Assembly: GCA_963700635.1 (NCBI GenBank)
Contig: CAVOYH010000004.1
Coordinates: 640,001-704,000 of the forward strand
From: an uncultured Bacteroidota bacterium
GTDB taxonomy: Bacteria; Bacteroidota; Ignavibacteria; UBA10030; UBA6906
DNA: 64,000 nucleotides
Direction: 5' to 3'
Under the pieces are notes generated by a model. The model saw only the letters and a program-made list of their open reading frames with translations. It made no database searches and was not told where the DNA came from. The first letter of the stretch is position 1, and each line of letters opens with the position of its first letter. A program made the position numbers and the translations under genes. Shown one piece after another: positions 9,406 through 19,984 of the stretch.

Positions 9406-10728
9406 ATGGCACGGATTGAAGTGATCATGCCCCAGATGGGCGAGAGCATCGCCGAAGGTACCATCGTTAAATGGCACAAAAACATCGGTGATTCCGTCAA
9501 GAAGGATGAGACCCTGCTCGAAATCAGCACCGACAAGGTTGACTCCGAAATTCCATCACCTTCCGCAGGAATTCTCGTGGAGATCGTCGTACAGGAGCAG
9601 GCCACGGTGGCTGTGCAAACGGTCATCGCCTACCTGGAGACGGACGCGGCGAACGCAGTCCTTGTGCGCGAGTCCGGAAAAGGAACCAAAGGGGCGGATC
9701 AGGGTGGCCCGACGCCGGCTGCGGCAACGAGCTCGGGCGCCGCATCTGCAGCAGCGCCCGGGGCGACTGCATCCCCCGCCGGACCGACGACACAGCAGTC
9801 CCCGCCGGGCAAGGGGAGATTCTATTCTCCGCTCGTTCTGTCGATCGCGCGCACCGAAGGGGTGCAGATGGACGAACTGGAGAGGATTCCGGGAACCGGC
9901 GAAGGTGGCCGTGTATCAAAAAAGGACATTCTGGGTTACGTGCGGGCGAAGAAGAGCGGCCGGGTGCCGTCTCCAGCGCCCGTGGCAAAACATGTGCAGG
10001 TCTCCGAACCGGCTGCGGTCGCCCGGAGTCAGGATGATGAGAGTATTACGATGACCAATGTCCAGCAAAAGATGGCCCAGCATATGGTGACGAGCATTCG
10101 CACGTCCCCTCATGTTGCCGCGATTCATGAAGTTGACATGACCGTTGTCGTGAAACACCGTAGGGAGCATCTTGGCGCATTCGAACAGACCGAAGGATTT
10201 AAGCTCACGTACACTCCGTACATCATCGATGCGGTTGTACGGGCGATCAAAAAGTATCCCCTTATCAATTCCTCCGTGGACGGGACAACGATCATTCGAA
10301 AAAGCGCGATAAACATCGGCATTGCTGTCGCGTCCGAGAACGGCCTCATCGTCCCGGTCATCAAACATGCCGAAGAAAAAAGTCTTCTCGGTATTGCCCG
10401 CGCGGTCCATGACCTTGCGGAACGGACCCGGACTCGCCGGTTAATGCCGGACGATATCCAGGGCGGCACGTTCACCATCTCCAATTACGGCGTCTTCGGA
10501 ACGGTCGTCGGCACTCCCATTATCTACCAACCCCAGATCGCCATTCTGGGAACCGGCGCGATTGTCAAACGTCCGATGGTGATCAATGATGCGATCGCTA
10601 TTCGTTCGGTGGCCTACTTCACGTTGTCGTTTGATCATCGCGTCGTGGACGGCATGCTGGGTGGAATGTTCATCGATGCCATCGTGAAGGAGCTTGAGGG
10701 ATTTGATGGCGAAAGCGAGATCAAATAA
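9406..10728 (+). CDS. Dihydrolipoamide acyltransferase E2 (one lipoyl domain)
   Basis: MPQMGES, STDKV lipoyl-lysine, Ala/Pro linker, E3-binding SPLV...[15 protein letters not shown]. Confidence 0.95.
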   Translation: MARIEVIMPQMGESIAEGTIVKWHKNIGDSVKKDETLLEISTDKVDSEIPSPSAGILVEIVVQEQATVAVQTVIAYLETDAANAVLVRESGKGTKGADQGGPTPAAATSSGAASAAAPGATASPAGPTTQQSPPGKGRFYSPLVLSIARTEGVQMDELERIPGTGEGGRVSKKDILGYVRAKKSGRVPSPAPVAKHVQVSEPAAVARSQDDESITMTNVQQKMAQHMVTSIRTSPHVAAIHEVDMTVVVKHRREHLGAFEQTEGFKLTYTPYIIDAVVRAIKKYPLINSSVDGTTIIRKSAINIGIAVASENGLIVPVIKHAEEKSLLGIARAVHDLAERTRTRRLMPDDIQGGTFTISNYGVFGTVVGTPIIYQPQIAILGTGAIVKRPMVINDAIAIRSVAYFTLSFDHRVVDGMLGGMFIDAIVKELEGFDGESEIK

Positions 10729-10814
10729 GGGATGAGATGCGGGGCCGGGTTGCGGAGACCGGGACACGAAGAGTGCCCGGAGCCGGAAGGAGAGAGGCCG
10801 ACAAAGAAGGAGTG

Positions 10815-11708
10815 ATGATGGAACGGGAAGGTACGGTGGCGCAGGAAAAGGGGGAGAGGTTGCAGCGGCCGGAGTGGCTGAAGGTGCGTCTGGCCTCCGG
10901 GGAGAAATACGCCCGGGTGAAATCACTGGTACAGGGACATCGGTTGCACACCGTCTGCGAAGAAGCGCGGTGTCCGAATATGGGAGAGTGCTGGAACGCC
11001 GGGACGGCCACGTTTATGATCCTCGGCGATGTATGCACACGCTCCTGCGGATTCTGCGCGGTCAAAACCGGCCGTCCGGAATATCTGGATCGTGAAGAAC
11101 CTGCCCGTGTCGCAGCGGCAATCAAGACCATGGGTGTGCGTCACGCAGTCATTACGTCGGTGAACCGGGATGAACTTGCAGACGGGGGAGCGGGTATCTT
11201 TGCTGAAACCATTCGGTTGTCGCGGGGACTCAATCCCGGACTCACGGTAGAGGTCTTGATTCCCGATTTCAGGGGAGATGCAGAGGCGCTCCGGACGGTT
11301 GCGGAGGCGTGCCCCGATATCCTCAACCACAACACGGAAACCGTGCCGCGGTTGTACGGGGCGGTGAGGCCGCAGGCGAAGTACACCCGGAGTCTCGAGC
11401 TGCTTGATCGCGCCAAACGGATGGGCATGGTGACCAAAAGCGGGCTTATGCTGGGATTGGGCGAAGACAGGGAAGAAATTGTGAAGGTCATGAGTGATCT
11501 GCGGGGCGTCGAGTGTGATCTGCTGACGCTCGGGCAGTATCTTCAGCCGACGCGGGAACACCTTCCGGTGGACCGTTATGTTCATCCTGATGAATTTCGC
11601 TGGCTCAAGGAGCGGGGACTGGAGATGGGGTTCGGTCATGTAGAATCGGGACCGCTTGTACGGAGCTCCTACCATGCCGCGGCACACATTTCTCCCCCGG
11701 AATCTTGA
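10815..11708 (+). CDS. lipA: Lipoyl synthase
   Basis: [12 protein letters not shown] and CTRSCGFC motifs, RSSY; AAGGAG RBS (start 10815 or 10818). Confidence 0.97.
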   Translation: MMEREGTVAQEKGERLQRPEWLKVRLASGEKYARVKSLVQGHRLHTVCEEARCPNMGECWNAGTATFMILGDVCTRSCGFCAVKTGRPEYLDREEPARVAAAIKTMGVRHAVITSVNRDELADGGAGIFAETIRLSRGLNPGLTVEVLIPDFRGDAEALRTVAEACPDILNHNTETVPRLYGAVRPQAKYTRSLELLDRAKRMGMVTKSGLMLGLGEDREEIVKVMSDLRGVECDLLTLGQYLQPTREHLPVDRYVHPDEFRWLKERGLEMGFGHVESGPLVRSSYHAAAHISPPES

Positions 11709-11733
11709 CATTTGTGGCATTTTTGGTTACCTT
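11705..11733 (+). promoter_or_regulatory. sigma70 promoter of the rplM operon (TTGACA-N17-TACCTT)
   Basis: Perfect -35 with 17-nt spacer upstream of rplM. Confidence 0.7.
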
Positions 11734-11784
11734 TTTAAGCTCATTGATTATCTTCATGCTTCACACACAGCAGGAGCACGATTC

Positions 11785-12222
11785 GTGGACAAGGCAACGC
11801 GCTTTTTCACCGTGAAAGACACGGAGCAAAAATGGCATCTGGTTGATGCCGAAGGCAAGACCCTGGGCCGGATTGCGACAGAGATTGCCCGCTTGTTGCG
11901 GGGCAAGCACAAGCCGGAATTTACGCCCAATGCGGATCTGGGCGACTTTGTTGTGGTGGTCAACGCCTCCAAAGTACGGCTTACCGGCAAACGCGCCGAG
12001 TTGAAACAGTATTTTCACTATACCGGGTATCCCGGTGGCGGGACCTGGGAGAAATTTCAGGATGTGTTGCGCAAACATCCGGAGCGCGTGTTCGAACACG
12101 CGATCAAGGGAATGCTGCCACACAACCGGCTGGGCCGGCAGATCTTCAAGAAGTTGAAAGTCTATCCGGGCGCGGCGCATCCTCATGCCGCACAGCAACC
12201 GCAGCCCTACCAGGTGTCATGA
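11785..12222 (+). CDS. rplM: 50S ribosomal protein L13
   Basis: WHLVDA...[29 protein letters not shown]; GTG start after AGGAG. Confidence 0.97.
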   Translation: MDKATRFFTVKDTEQKWHLVDAEGKTLGRIATEIARLLRGKHKPEFTPNADLGDFVVVVNASKVRLTGKRAELKQYFHYTGYPGGGTWEKFQDVLRKHPERVFEHAIKGMLPHNRLGRQIFKKLKVYPGAAHPHAAQQPQPYQVS

Positions 12223-12261
12223 TCAATCTGACAGGAGTCTGACCGCAGTATGCATACACAC

Positions 12262-12642
12262 ATGTCAACAGCCGTCGGCCGACGGAAAACCTCAGTGGCC
12301 CGGGTTATCATGGTGCCGGGCACCGGCAAGATTACCGTCAACCGGCGTGCACTCGAGAATTTTTTCCCACTTGAAACTCTCCGCGCTGATGTTTTAAAGC
12401 CTTTCGAGGCGACGCAATTGACCGGAAAATATGATGTGCGGGTCAACGTGGAGGGCGGTGGAAGCACAGGCCAGGCGGGAGCAATCAAGCTGGGCATTGC
12501 CCGGGCTCTCGTTGCGCTGAGTGAAGACCACAAGCAGCCGCTTCGTGCTGCAGGCCTTCTCACCCGCGATCCCCGTATGGTGGAGCGTAAAAAATACGGG
12601 CAGAAAAAGGCCCGCAAGAGATTCCAGTTCTCGAAACGGTAA
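12262..12642 (+). CDS. rpsI: 30S ribosomal protein S9
   Basis: [26 protein letters not shown]-terminus (start may be 12250). Confidence 0.97.
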   Translation: MSTAVGRRKTSVARVIMVPGTGKITVNRRALENFFPLETLRADVLKPFEATQLTGKYDVRVNVEGGGSTGQAGAIKLGIARALVALSEDHKQPLRAAGLLTRDPRMVERKKYGQKKARKRFQFSKR

Positions 12643-12673
12643 TCGTTTCGGAAGTGGTGCTGTAAAAAAAGCA

Positions 12674-12741
12674 TACCCTTGGATTCCGCCGGCCGTGTCC
12701 CGTACCGATGTACAGGATTCCGGCGGGAAGTGAAGAGGGTA
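12674..12741 (+). promoter_or_regulatory. Structured rpsB 5' leader (putative S2 autoregulatory element)
   Basis: TACCCTT/AAGAGGGTA, TTCCGCCGG/CCGGCGGGAA and GTAC/GTAC nested stems just before rpsB. Confidence 0.5.
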
Positions 12742-12769
12742 GAAGATCAACACAACCAGGAGTACACAT

Positions 12770-13534
12770 ATGCCTCGTGTAGAAGTTGCCGAATTGCTGG
12801 CAGCTGGCTGCCACTTTGGCCATCTTACCCGCCGCTGGAACCCCAAAATGCGCCCTTATATTTTTATGGAGCGCAACGGCATTCACGTCATTGACCTCAT
12901 CAAGACCCGCCAGTTACTCGAGGATGCGGCTAACGCACTCTCGAACATCGTTGCGGACGGCAAACGTATCCTCTTCGTCGGTACAAAAAAACAGGCGAAG
13001 GGTATTACCAAAGATGAAGCCGTCCGGACAGGGGAGTTCTACGTGAGCGAACGCTGGCTTGGCGGATGCCTCACCAATTTTAGCACGATCCGGAAGAGCG
13101 TAAAACGCCTCACGAACATCGAGAAGATGGAGAGTGACGGAACGTTCGACAAGATCACGAAAAAAGAAGCGCTCTTTCTTATGCGCGAAAAGGAAAAGCT
13201 GAACAACGTCCTCTCCGGCGTCGTGGAGATGAGCCGTCTGCCAGGCGCCCTTTTTGTGATCGACGTGAAAAAAGAAGCCATTGCCGTCAAAGAAGCGCGA
13301 CGCCTCGGTATCCCGGTGTTCGCCATTGTTGATACGAACTGCGACCCGGACGGCATCGACTATGTCATCCCGGCTAACGATGACGCCATCAAATCCGTTC
13401 AGGTTATTACCAAGGTCGTGGCCGATGCAATCGTAGAAGGCAAACACAGAGCCGCTGCCCATCATGCCGAAGTGATGGCAGAACATGAGAACAAGGACAA
13501 AGACACAGCACCTGAAGAGAAAACTGCGCGGTAA
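12770..13534 (+). CDS. rpsB: 30S ribosomal protein S2
   Basis: [34 protein letters not shown]. Confidence 0.98.
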   Translation: MPRVEVAELLAAGCHFGHLTRRWNPKMRPYIFMERNGIHVIDLIKTRQLLEDAANALSNIVADGKRILFVGTKKQAKGITKDEAVRTGEFYVSERWLGGCLTNFSTIRKSVKRLTNIEKMESDGTFDKITKKEALFLMREKEKLNNVLSGVVEMSRLPGALFVIDVKKEAIAVKEARRLGIPVFAIVDTNCDPDGIDYVIPANDDAIKSVQVITKVVADAIVEGKHRAAAHHAEVMAEHENKDKDTAPEEKTAR

Positions 13535-13559
13535 CGATCAGAGGAAAGATTACAGACGT

Positions 13560-14426
13560 ATGGAAATCACAAGTGAAGTCATTAAACGCCTGCGCGACAA
13601 AACCGGCGCGGGCATGATGGACTGCAAACGGGCCCTCGAGGCCTCCAAAGGGGACATCGAGGCGGCCATTGAATATCTCAGGAAAAAAGGGGCTGCAGTC
13701 GGTCAGAAACGGGCCGACCGTTCCGCGAAGGAAGGTCTCATTGTCACCCGGGTGTCTCCGGACGCCACATGCGGTGTGGCCGTCGAGGTAAATTGCGAAA
13801 CCGACTTCGTCGGGCGCAGTGATGATTTTGTCGCCTTCGCAGGTCTTGTGGCCGACACAGTGCTCCGCGACCGGCCGGCGACGGTGGAAGCTCTTCAGAA
13901 CCTCAAAACCCCCGGAGGGAAAACCGTGGGGGAGCTGATGAATGACCTCCTTGCGAAAGTGGGGGAGAAACTTGACATCAGGCGATTCCAGATTGTGGTC
14001 TCTCCGGGAGGAACCATCAGCTCGTATACGCACCTCGGCAGCAAGATCGGAGTGCTCGTGGAATTCGTCGGACTTGCCGCCGCGGGACCCAATGCCATCC
14101 TCGGACGGGATGTCGCCATGCAGATCGCCGCGATGAGCCCGTCAGTCATCAGCCGTGAACAGGTCAGCAAATCTACCGTCGATCGCGAACTGGAGATCTA
14201 CCGCACTCAGGCCAAGAACGAAGGGAAGAAGGAGCAGGTGATCGAGCGGATCGCTTCTGGCCGGCTCGAGAAATTCTATCAGGAAGTGTGTTTGCTCGAG
14301 CAGACATTCATCAAAGATCCCGGGAAGACGATCAACGACATTCTTCAGGAGGCAGGCAAAATCTCCGGCAAGGCCGTCAGCGTCAGCAGTTTCGTCCGAT
14401 TCCACCTTGGCGAGGAGGTGAAGTAG
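13560..14426 (+). CDS. tsf: Elongation factor Ts
   Basis: [20 protein letters not shown]. Confidence 0.98.
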   Translation: MEITSEVIKRLRDKTGAGMMDCKRALEASKGDIEAAIEYLRKKGAAVGQKRADRSAKEGLIVTRVSPDATCGVAVEVNCETDFVGRSDDFVAFAGLVADTVLRDRPATVEALQNLKTPGGKTVGELMNDLLAKVGEKLDIRRFQIVVSPGGTISSYTHLGSKIGVLVEFVGLAAAGPNAILGRDVAMQIAAMSPSVISREQVSKSTVDRELEIYRTQAKNEGKKEQVIERIASGRLEKFYQEVCLLEQTFIKDPGKTINDILQEAGKISGKAVSVSSFVRFHLGEEVK

Positions 14427-14431
14427 CCTGC

Positions 14432-15154
14432 ATGCCGAACCCGGTGTACAAGCGGGTCCTGCTGAAGCTGAGCGGTGAAGCGCTCATGGGGGAGCAGCAA
14501 TTCGGTATCGATCCATCCATGCTGCGCCAGTATGCCGTGGAGATTCAGGCAGTCAGAGATCTTGGTGTTCAGGTGGGTGTCGTCATCGGCGGCGGAAACA
14601 TCTTCCGCGGAGTTTCAAATTCCACAACCGGAATCCACAAGGCGACGGGCGACCAGATGGGAATGCTGGCGACCCTGATCAACGCGCTCGCCCTTCAGGC
14701 CTCTCTGGAAAACATGGGGTTGAGCACCCGGCTCATGTCTGCGATCCGCATGGATACCATCGCGGAACCGTTTATACGCCGCCGCGCTGTACGCCATCTG
14801 GACAAAGGCCGGATTGTCCTGTTCGGCGCAGGCACGGGGAGTCCGTACTTTACCACGGACACAGCCGCTGTGCTCCGCGGGGTCGAAATCGAAGCCGATG
14901 TCGTGATCAAAGGCACCCGCGTGGATGGCGTGTATGATTCCGATCCCGAACGGAATCCTGAAGCATTCCGGTTCGAAAAAATTACGTATATGGATGTTTT
15001 GAAGAAGGATCTCAAGGTGATGGATATGACTGCAATCACCTTGTGCCGCGAAAACAATCTCCCCATCCTGGTGTTCAACATGAACCGTCCGGGGAATTTT
15101 AAGAGACTTATCCTCGGCGAATCTGTCGGCACACGCGTAAGCGAAGTGCTCTGA
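14432..15154 (+). CDS. pyrH: UMP kinase
   Basis: [29 protein letters not shown]. Confidence 0.98.
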   Translation: MPNPVYKRVLLKLSGEALMGEQQFGIDPSMLRQYAVEIQAVRDLGVQVGVVIGGGNIFRGVSNSTTGIHKATGDQMGMLATLINALALQASLENMGLSTRLMSAIRMDTIAEPFIRRRAVRHLDKGRIVLFGAGTGSPYFTTDTAAVLRGVEIEADVVIKGTRVDGVYDSDPERNPEAFRFEKITYMDVLKKDLKVMDMTAITLCRENNLPILVFNMNRPGNFKRLILGESVGTRVSEVL

Positions 15155-15187
15155 TGCCGGCGTGAAGAAAACGAGACGAGGAGTCCA

Positions 15188-15745
15188 ATGGTAAAGACAC
15201 TGTTAAAAGACTGCGAAGAGCGGATGCACAAGGCAACCGAAGTGGTTCGCCAGGAATTCGCAAAAATCCGCACAGGAAAAGCAACAACTGCCCTCCTTGA
15301 CAGCGTGAAGGTGGAATACTACGGGTCGGCGATGGCGCTGAATCATGTGGCCAACGTCGGTGTCTCGGACATCCACACGCTGACGGTCCAGCCATTTGAT
15401 AAGGGCGCGATGGACCCGATCATGAAGGGGATTCAGGCTGCAAATCTCGGCCTCAATCCGATGAAAGATGCGGATATCATCCGCGTCCCCATTCCTCCGT
15501 TGAATGAAGAACGCCGCCGCGATCTTGTCAAACTCACCAAGAAGTTCGGCGAGGAGGGGAAAATCGCCATTCGTAATGTCCGACGGGACACGATTGAGCA
15601 CCTCAAGAAGGCGGAAAAAGAAGAGCACTTTTCAGAGGATGAACGTAAACGCGGAGAGGCGGACGTTCAGAAGATTACCGACAAAGGGATTAAGGACATT
15701 GAGGCGCTCCTGGCTGTGAAAGAGAAGGAGATTATGGAAGTGTAA
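15188..15745 (+). CDS. frr: Ribosome recycling factor
   Basis: IRTGKA, VEYYG, PPLNEERR, IRNVRR. Confidence 0.98.
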   Translation: MVKTLLKDCEERMHKATEVVRQEFAKIRTGKATTALLDSVKVEYYGSAMALNHVANVGVSDIHTLTVQPFDKGAMDPIMKGIQAANLGLNPMKDADIIRVPIPPLNEERRRDLVKLTKKFGEEGKIAIRNVRRDTIEHLKKAEKEEHFSEDERKRGEADVQKITDKGIKDIEALLAVKEKEIMEV

Positions 15746-15771
15746 CTGTGCCAGCCTTCCCGTAACCATTC

Positions 15772-15811
15772 AGCCGGTCTTCCTCCTGGGAAGACCGGCT
15801 TTTCTCTTTTT
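15772..15811 (+). terminator. Rho-independent terminator after frr
   Basis: AGCCGGTCTTCC/GGAAGACCGGCT 12-bp stem followed by TTTCTCTTTTT. Confidence 0.85.
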
Positions 15812-15817
15812 CCCGGG

Positions 15818-15844
15818 TGCAACAATGCCACACCCTCGTGCGTA
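15818..15844 (+). promoter_or_regulatory. ECF-sigma-type promoter (TGCAAC-N17-CGTA) for the pspC operon
   Basis: AAC/CGT signature similar to SigW-class promoters, immediately after the terminator. Confidence 0.5.
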
Positions 15845-15886
15845 CATGAAGAGAGGAAGGCCACACTACAAGCTCCGGAGAATCCT

Positions 15887-16600
15887 ATGAACGGTTCAGA
15901 AAACATCCGACGTCTCACCAAAAGCCGCACTGACCGGATGATTGACGGCGTGTGCGGAGGTATCGCCGCTTATGCAGGGGTGGATGCGACGCTCGTCCGC
16001 CTCGCCTGGGTCCTTATTACGCTGATTGGCGGCTCCGGCATTCTGCTGTATATTGCGGCCATGATCCTGATGCCGAAAGAAGCAGAATCACCCGGCACCG
16101 GAACAACCGTGCCGCCTCCCGGGTCCCGCAAGACGAACACGACATTCTGGGGAATCCTTTTTGTCGGGGCAGGGCTCTTCTGGCTGGCCGTGAATCTGGG
16201 GATGCCTGTGTGGCATCACTGGTGGGGGTTTTCGATGCAGATCGTGGTTCCGCTGTTGCTTATCCTCATGGGAGTTACGTTCTTGTTCGGTGGGCGGAAT
16301 TACTTCTCCGTTGCCCCGGAAGATGCCTCTTCACCGCGGGGAACGGACGACGATTTTTCCCGTGAATCACCGGGCGCGGAGCAGTCTCGGTTGACCAGGT
16401 CGCGGACCGACAAAAAGCTCGCGGGCGTGTGCGGGGGCATTGGCGCTGCGATGAAGGTCGACCCGGTGATTGTGCGTCTGGGATTTGTTTTAGCCGCGCT
16501 GGCGTCAGTCGGAATTATGCTGGTAATCTATATCGTCCTTGCGATCGTCGTTCCCCTTGAACCGGAAAATACTCCCGAACCGGCCGGAGCCGGAATCTGA
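15887..16600 (+). CDS. Membrane protein with two PspC domains flanking a LiaF/DUF5668-like TM segment
   Basis: Two copies of L.(K/R)SRTD..(I/L).GVCGGI...VD...VRL. Confidence 0.88.
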   Translation: MNGSENIRRLTKSRTDRMIDGVCGGIAAYAGVDATLVRLAWVLITLIGGSGILLYIAAMILMPKEAESPGTGTTVPPPGSRKTNTTFWGILFVGAGLFWLAVNLGMPVWHHWWGFSMQIVVPLLLILMGVTFLFGGRNYFSVAPEDASSPRGTDDDFSRESPGAEQSRLTRSRTDKKLAGVCGGIGAAMKVDPVIVRLGFVLAALASVGIMLVIYIVLAIVVPLEPENTPEPAGAGI

Positions 16601-16610
16601 GGAACCACCC

Positions 16611-17129
16611 ATGACATCACCTCTGCATCGTACGCCCGTATTCTGGGGCAGCGCGCTGATCGGTATCGGCACATTGCTTCTCCTGCATAAGCTTGCTCTT
16701 TTGCCGTTCAGCGGATGGACTATCATCTGGGGCGGGGTTGCGGGGATAGCCCTGGTCATGCTCGTACGGCGGTTCCGGGAGCACGGCGAGGGCGTTTTCT
16801 GGTGGGTGTTATTGTTCTGCTTTGCGCTCTATAAGTTTGTAAGCGGCGCCGGACTATTGTATGTCCCCGTCTGGTACGGGTTCCCTCTGATGCTGATCGT
16901 CATCGGTGTTGGCTTTGCGGTCATGGTGATCGTCCGTCCGCAGGAATGGCACCTTGTCGTGCCGTCCGCCCTGTTTCTCCTGGTCGGCACCGCGATCCTC
17001 CTTGCCGAGATCGGGACGTTGGACCATGGAACGGTGCGGGAGATGATCAGCACCTACTGGCCGTTTGCCCTGATCCTTTTCGGGGGGGTGCTGCTGCTGA
17101 ATTGGCGAAAGACAAATCCGTCGGCGTAA
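16611..17129 (+). CDS. LiaF/DUF5668-like membrane protein
   Basis: FWG..LI.IG..LL and YWP..LI..G repeats; follows the PspC gene. Confidence 0.65.
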   Translation: MTSPLHRTPVFWGSALIGIGTLLLLHKLALLPFSGWTIIWGGVAGIALVMLVRRFREHGEGVFWWVLLFCFALYKFVSGAGLLYVPVWYGFPLMLIVIGVGFAVMVIVRPQEWHLVVPSALFLLVGTAILLAEIGTLDHGTVREMISTYWPFALILFGGVLLLNWRKTNPSA

Positions 17130-17145
17130 TCTATGTGGAGCCAGG

Positions 17146-19968
17146 CTACTTCGCGTCAAACCAGCTCCGCCCGGCTGCGACATCAACTTTCACCGGCACT
17201 GTAAGCGGCAACGCCTCCTGCATGACCGCCGCGACTAGACTCCTCATCTGCATCTCTTCACCCTCCGGCACCTCGCACACAAGTTCGTCATGGACCTGAA
17301 GCAGAAGGCGGCTCTGCAATGAACGGATCTGCAACTCGCGGTGAAGCCGGACCATTGCGATCTTGATCATGTCCGCCGATGTTCCCTGAATCGGCATGTT
17401 AATCGCCTGCCGTTCAGCATTGCCACGAATGTTCTGATTTTTGCTGTGTATATCAGGGAGGTACCGCCGGCGGCCGAGCAACGTCTGGACGTAGCCCGTT
17501 TCGCGGACGTGCGCGATGGTCTCCTGGATATAGTTCTTCACCCCGGGGAAACGTTCGAAATACCGGGCGATGATGTCCTTTGCCTCTGACTGCGGAATGC
17601 CGAGACGGTTGCCGAGTCCGAAGGGACCGATGCCGTACATGATGCCAAAGTTCACCTCCTTCGCCTTCCGGCGCATGTCTTTGGTCACCTCATCCGCGCT
17701 CACGCTGAAAACCCGTGCGGCAGTGGTTGCGTGAATGTCCTCGTCGTGAAGGAACGCCTCCCGCAGTGCGGCATCTCCGGAAATATGAGCCATAACGCGC
17801 AATTCTATCTGCGAATAATCAGCAGCCAGGATCTTCCAGCCGGGATTCCAGGGGATGAAGGCGCGCCGGATCTCGCGCCCCAGATCGGTCCGTATGGGGA
17901 TGTTCTGCAAGTTCGGATCACTGGACGACAACCTTCCCGTTGCGGCGACTGTTTGATTGTAGGAGGTATGCACGCGGCCGGTGTCGGGATGGAGAAGGAG
18001 AGGGAGAGCATCCACATACGTTGACTTCAATTTCGCAAGCTGGCGGTACTCCAGCAACGCGTCAACGATCGGATGCTGGCCCCGCAGGGATTCAAGAACT
18101 GTGACGTCCGTGGAATACCCCGTCTTGGTCTTCTTCAAAGGGGGTAAGTTCAGCTTCTGAAATAGAACTTCGCCCAGCTGCTGCGTGGAATTAACATTAA
18201 ACTGACCCCCGGCTTCCCGGTGTATCTCTGTCATCAAATGCTGTATCTGGCGGTCGAGATCTTTTCCCATCTCGTGTAAATGGTCCCTGTCCAGATTGAT
18301 CCCATGGTACTCCATGTCCGCCAGGACGTTTATCAGCGGGAATTCCACGCTTGAGGAGAGATCAAACATGCCCGCCTCCCGCAGCTGTTGTTCCTGAATA
18401 ACGCTCAGCCGCTTGGTGAAGTCGGCATCTTCGGAGGCATAGTTTGCCACGTCTTCCACGGGCACCGCAGTGATGGGAATCCTGTTCTTGCCCGTTCCGG
18501 TGAGGTCGTCGTACGACACCATCTTGTAGTGCAGAACATCGAGTGCCATGCTGTCAAGCGAATGCTGTCCGTCGGCCCGGAGGAGGTACCCGGCGACCAT
18601 TGTATCAAATGCCGGGGAGGGCATGGTGATGCCATGCCGGCGCATTACCAGCATGTCATATTTGATGTTCTGCCCGATGAACTTTTTGGTCCGATCTTCG
18701 AGCACCGGACGCAGTCCGCTGATAACCGCATCGAGAGGTAAGCCACGTGAGAGTGGCACTGTGTGCCTGGGGGAAAGATCTTCAAACAGTTCCGAGCCCG
18801 GGTCTGGCCCCGGGTGTTCAACCGGAACATACCACGCCTCACGGGGCGTAATGCAGAAGGAACAGCCGACCAACACGGCGCGCATGGCATCGGTTGATGT
18901 TGTTTCGGTGTCAAACGTGATTGTCCCGGCGTTTGCGAGACGTGAACACAGAGCACGGAAGTCCTCCGGCGTGCTCACACAGTGGTAGGTGTGTTCATCG
19001 TCGGCCATCGTGAGAGCTGGTTTTTCGGGCTCAACGGGTTCCGGGGACTTGACATTGTCCGCATGCTCCGGTTCCGTTCTTGCCGGGGCTTTCCCCTTGC
19101 GGATCCTCGGTAAAAGCGCCTTGAATTCCATTTTCTCAAAGAGGGCGAGCAGCGCTGACTGATCCGGTTCGAGGGCCTGGAGGTCATCCACCGAGGTACT
19201 GAGGGGCACAGCGGTGTCAATCGTGACCAGTGTTTTGGAGAGGAAAGCCAGGTCCCTGTGACGTGTGAGTTTTTCACGAACGCCCTTCTGCGGAATTTCC
19301 TCCAGATGAGCATAGAGGTTTTCGAGTGAACCCCACGTCTGGATCAACGGGATGGCGGTTTTTTCACCGATTCCCGGGACGCCGGGAACATTATCGGATT
19401 TGTCTCCGATAAGCGCCAGGACATCGATGACATGTTCCGGGTCCACACCAAACTTCTGCTTCACCCCTTCGACATCAACCCGTTCCAGATCTGCCGATCC
19501 TTTGACGGGGCGAAGCATCATGATGCCGGGACTCAGAAGCTGCATCATGTCTTTGTCAGCCGTTACAAGAAAGGTCACCAGCTTCTTCTGTTCTGCCTGT
19601 CTCGCGATGGTGCCGATGATATCGTCAGCCTCATACCCGGGGAGTTCAAGAAGCGGAGTGCGGAAGGCCCGGACGATGTCCTTGATCCAGGTGAGTTGGG
19701 GGACCATGTCTTCCGGCATCGATTCGCGTGTGGCCTTGTACTCAGGGTACATCGTATGCCGGAAGGTGGGCTCCTTTGTGTCAAACACCACGGCGATGTG
19801 TTCGGGCCGATCGTCGTCGAGTACCTTCATCAGCGTTGTCACAAATCCGTACACGGCGCTGGTGTTCTCGCCCCGGCTATTACGCAGCGGACGGTTGATG
19901 AAGGAATAGTAGGCGCGGTACACCAGGGCCATTCCGTCCAGGAGATAAAGACGTTCGATGTCTGCCAT
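17146..19968 (-). CDS. polA: DNA polymerase I (5'-3' exonuclease, 3'-5' exonuclease, polymerase)
   Basis: LLDGMALVYRAY, YEADD, FDTET, DYSQIELR, AKEVNFGIMYG, LQVHDEL. Confidence 0.98.
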   Translation of the reverse strand: MADIERLYLLDGMALVYRAYYSFINRPLRNSRGENTSAVYGFVTTLMKVLDDDRPEHIAVVFDTKEPTFRHTMYPEYKATRESMPEDMVPQLTWIKDIVRAFRTPLLELPGYEADDIIGTIARQAEQKKLVTFLVTADKDMMQLLSPGIMMLRPVKGSADLERVDVEGVKQKFGVDPEHVIDVLALIGDKSDNVPGVPGIGEKTAIPLIQTWGSLENLYAHLEEIPQKGVREKLTRHRDLAFLSKTLVTIDTAVPLSTSVDDLQALEPDQSALLALFEKMEFKALLPRIRKGKAPARTEPEHADNVKSPEPVEPEKPALTMADDEHTYHCVSTPEDFRALCSRLANAGTITFDTETTSTDAMRAVLVGCSFCITPREAWYVPVEHPGPDPGSELFEDLSPRHTVPLSRGLPLDAVISGLRPVLEDRTKKFIGQNIKYDMLVMRRHGITMPSPAFDTMVAGYLLRADGQHSLDSMALDVLHYKMVSYDDLTGTGKNRIPITAVPVEDVANYASEDADFTKRLSVIQEQQLREAGMFDLSSSVEFPLINVLADMEYHGINLDRDHLHEMGKDLDRQIQHLMTEIHREAGGQFNVNSTQQLGEVLFQKLNLPPLKKTKTGYSTDVTVLESLRGQHPIVDALLEYRQLAKLKSTYVDALPLLLHPDTGRVHTSYNQTVAATGRLSSSDPNLQNIPIRTDLGREIRRAFIPWNPGWKILAADYSQIELRVMAHISGDAALREAFLHDEDIHATTAARVFSVSADEVTKDMRRKAKEVNFGIMYGIGPFGLGNRLGIPQSEAKDIIARYFERFPGVKNYIQETIAHVRETGYVQTLLGRRRYLPDIHSKNQNIRGNAERQAINMPIQGTSADMIKIAMVRLHRELQIRSLQSRLLLQVHDELVCEVPEGEEMQMRSLVAAVMQEALPLTVPVKVDVAAGRSWFDAK

Positions 19969-19984
19969 AGGGTCCTTACAATTC

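Noticed and set aside
9697-9810. Low-complexity Ala/Pro/Ser-coding stretch
   Set aside because: Normal E2 flexible linker, not a repeat element
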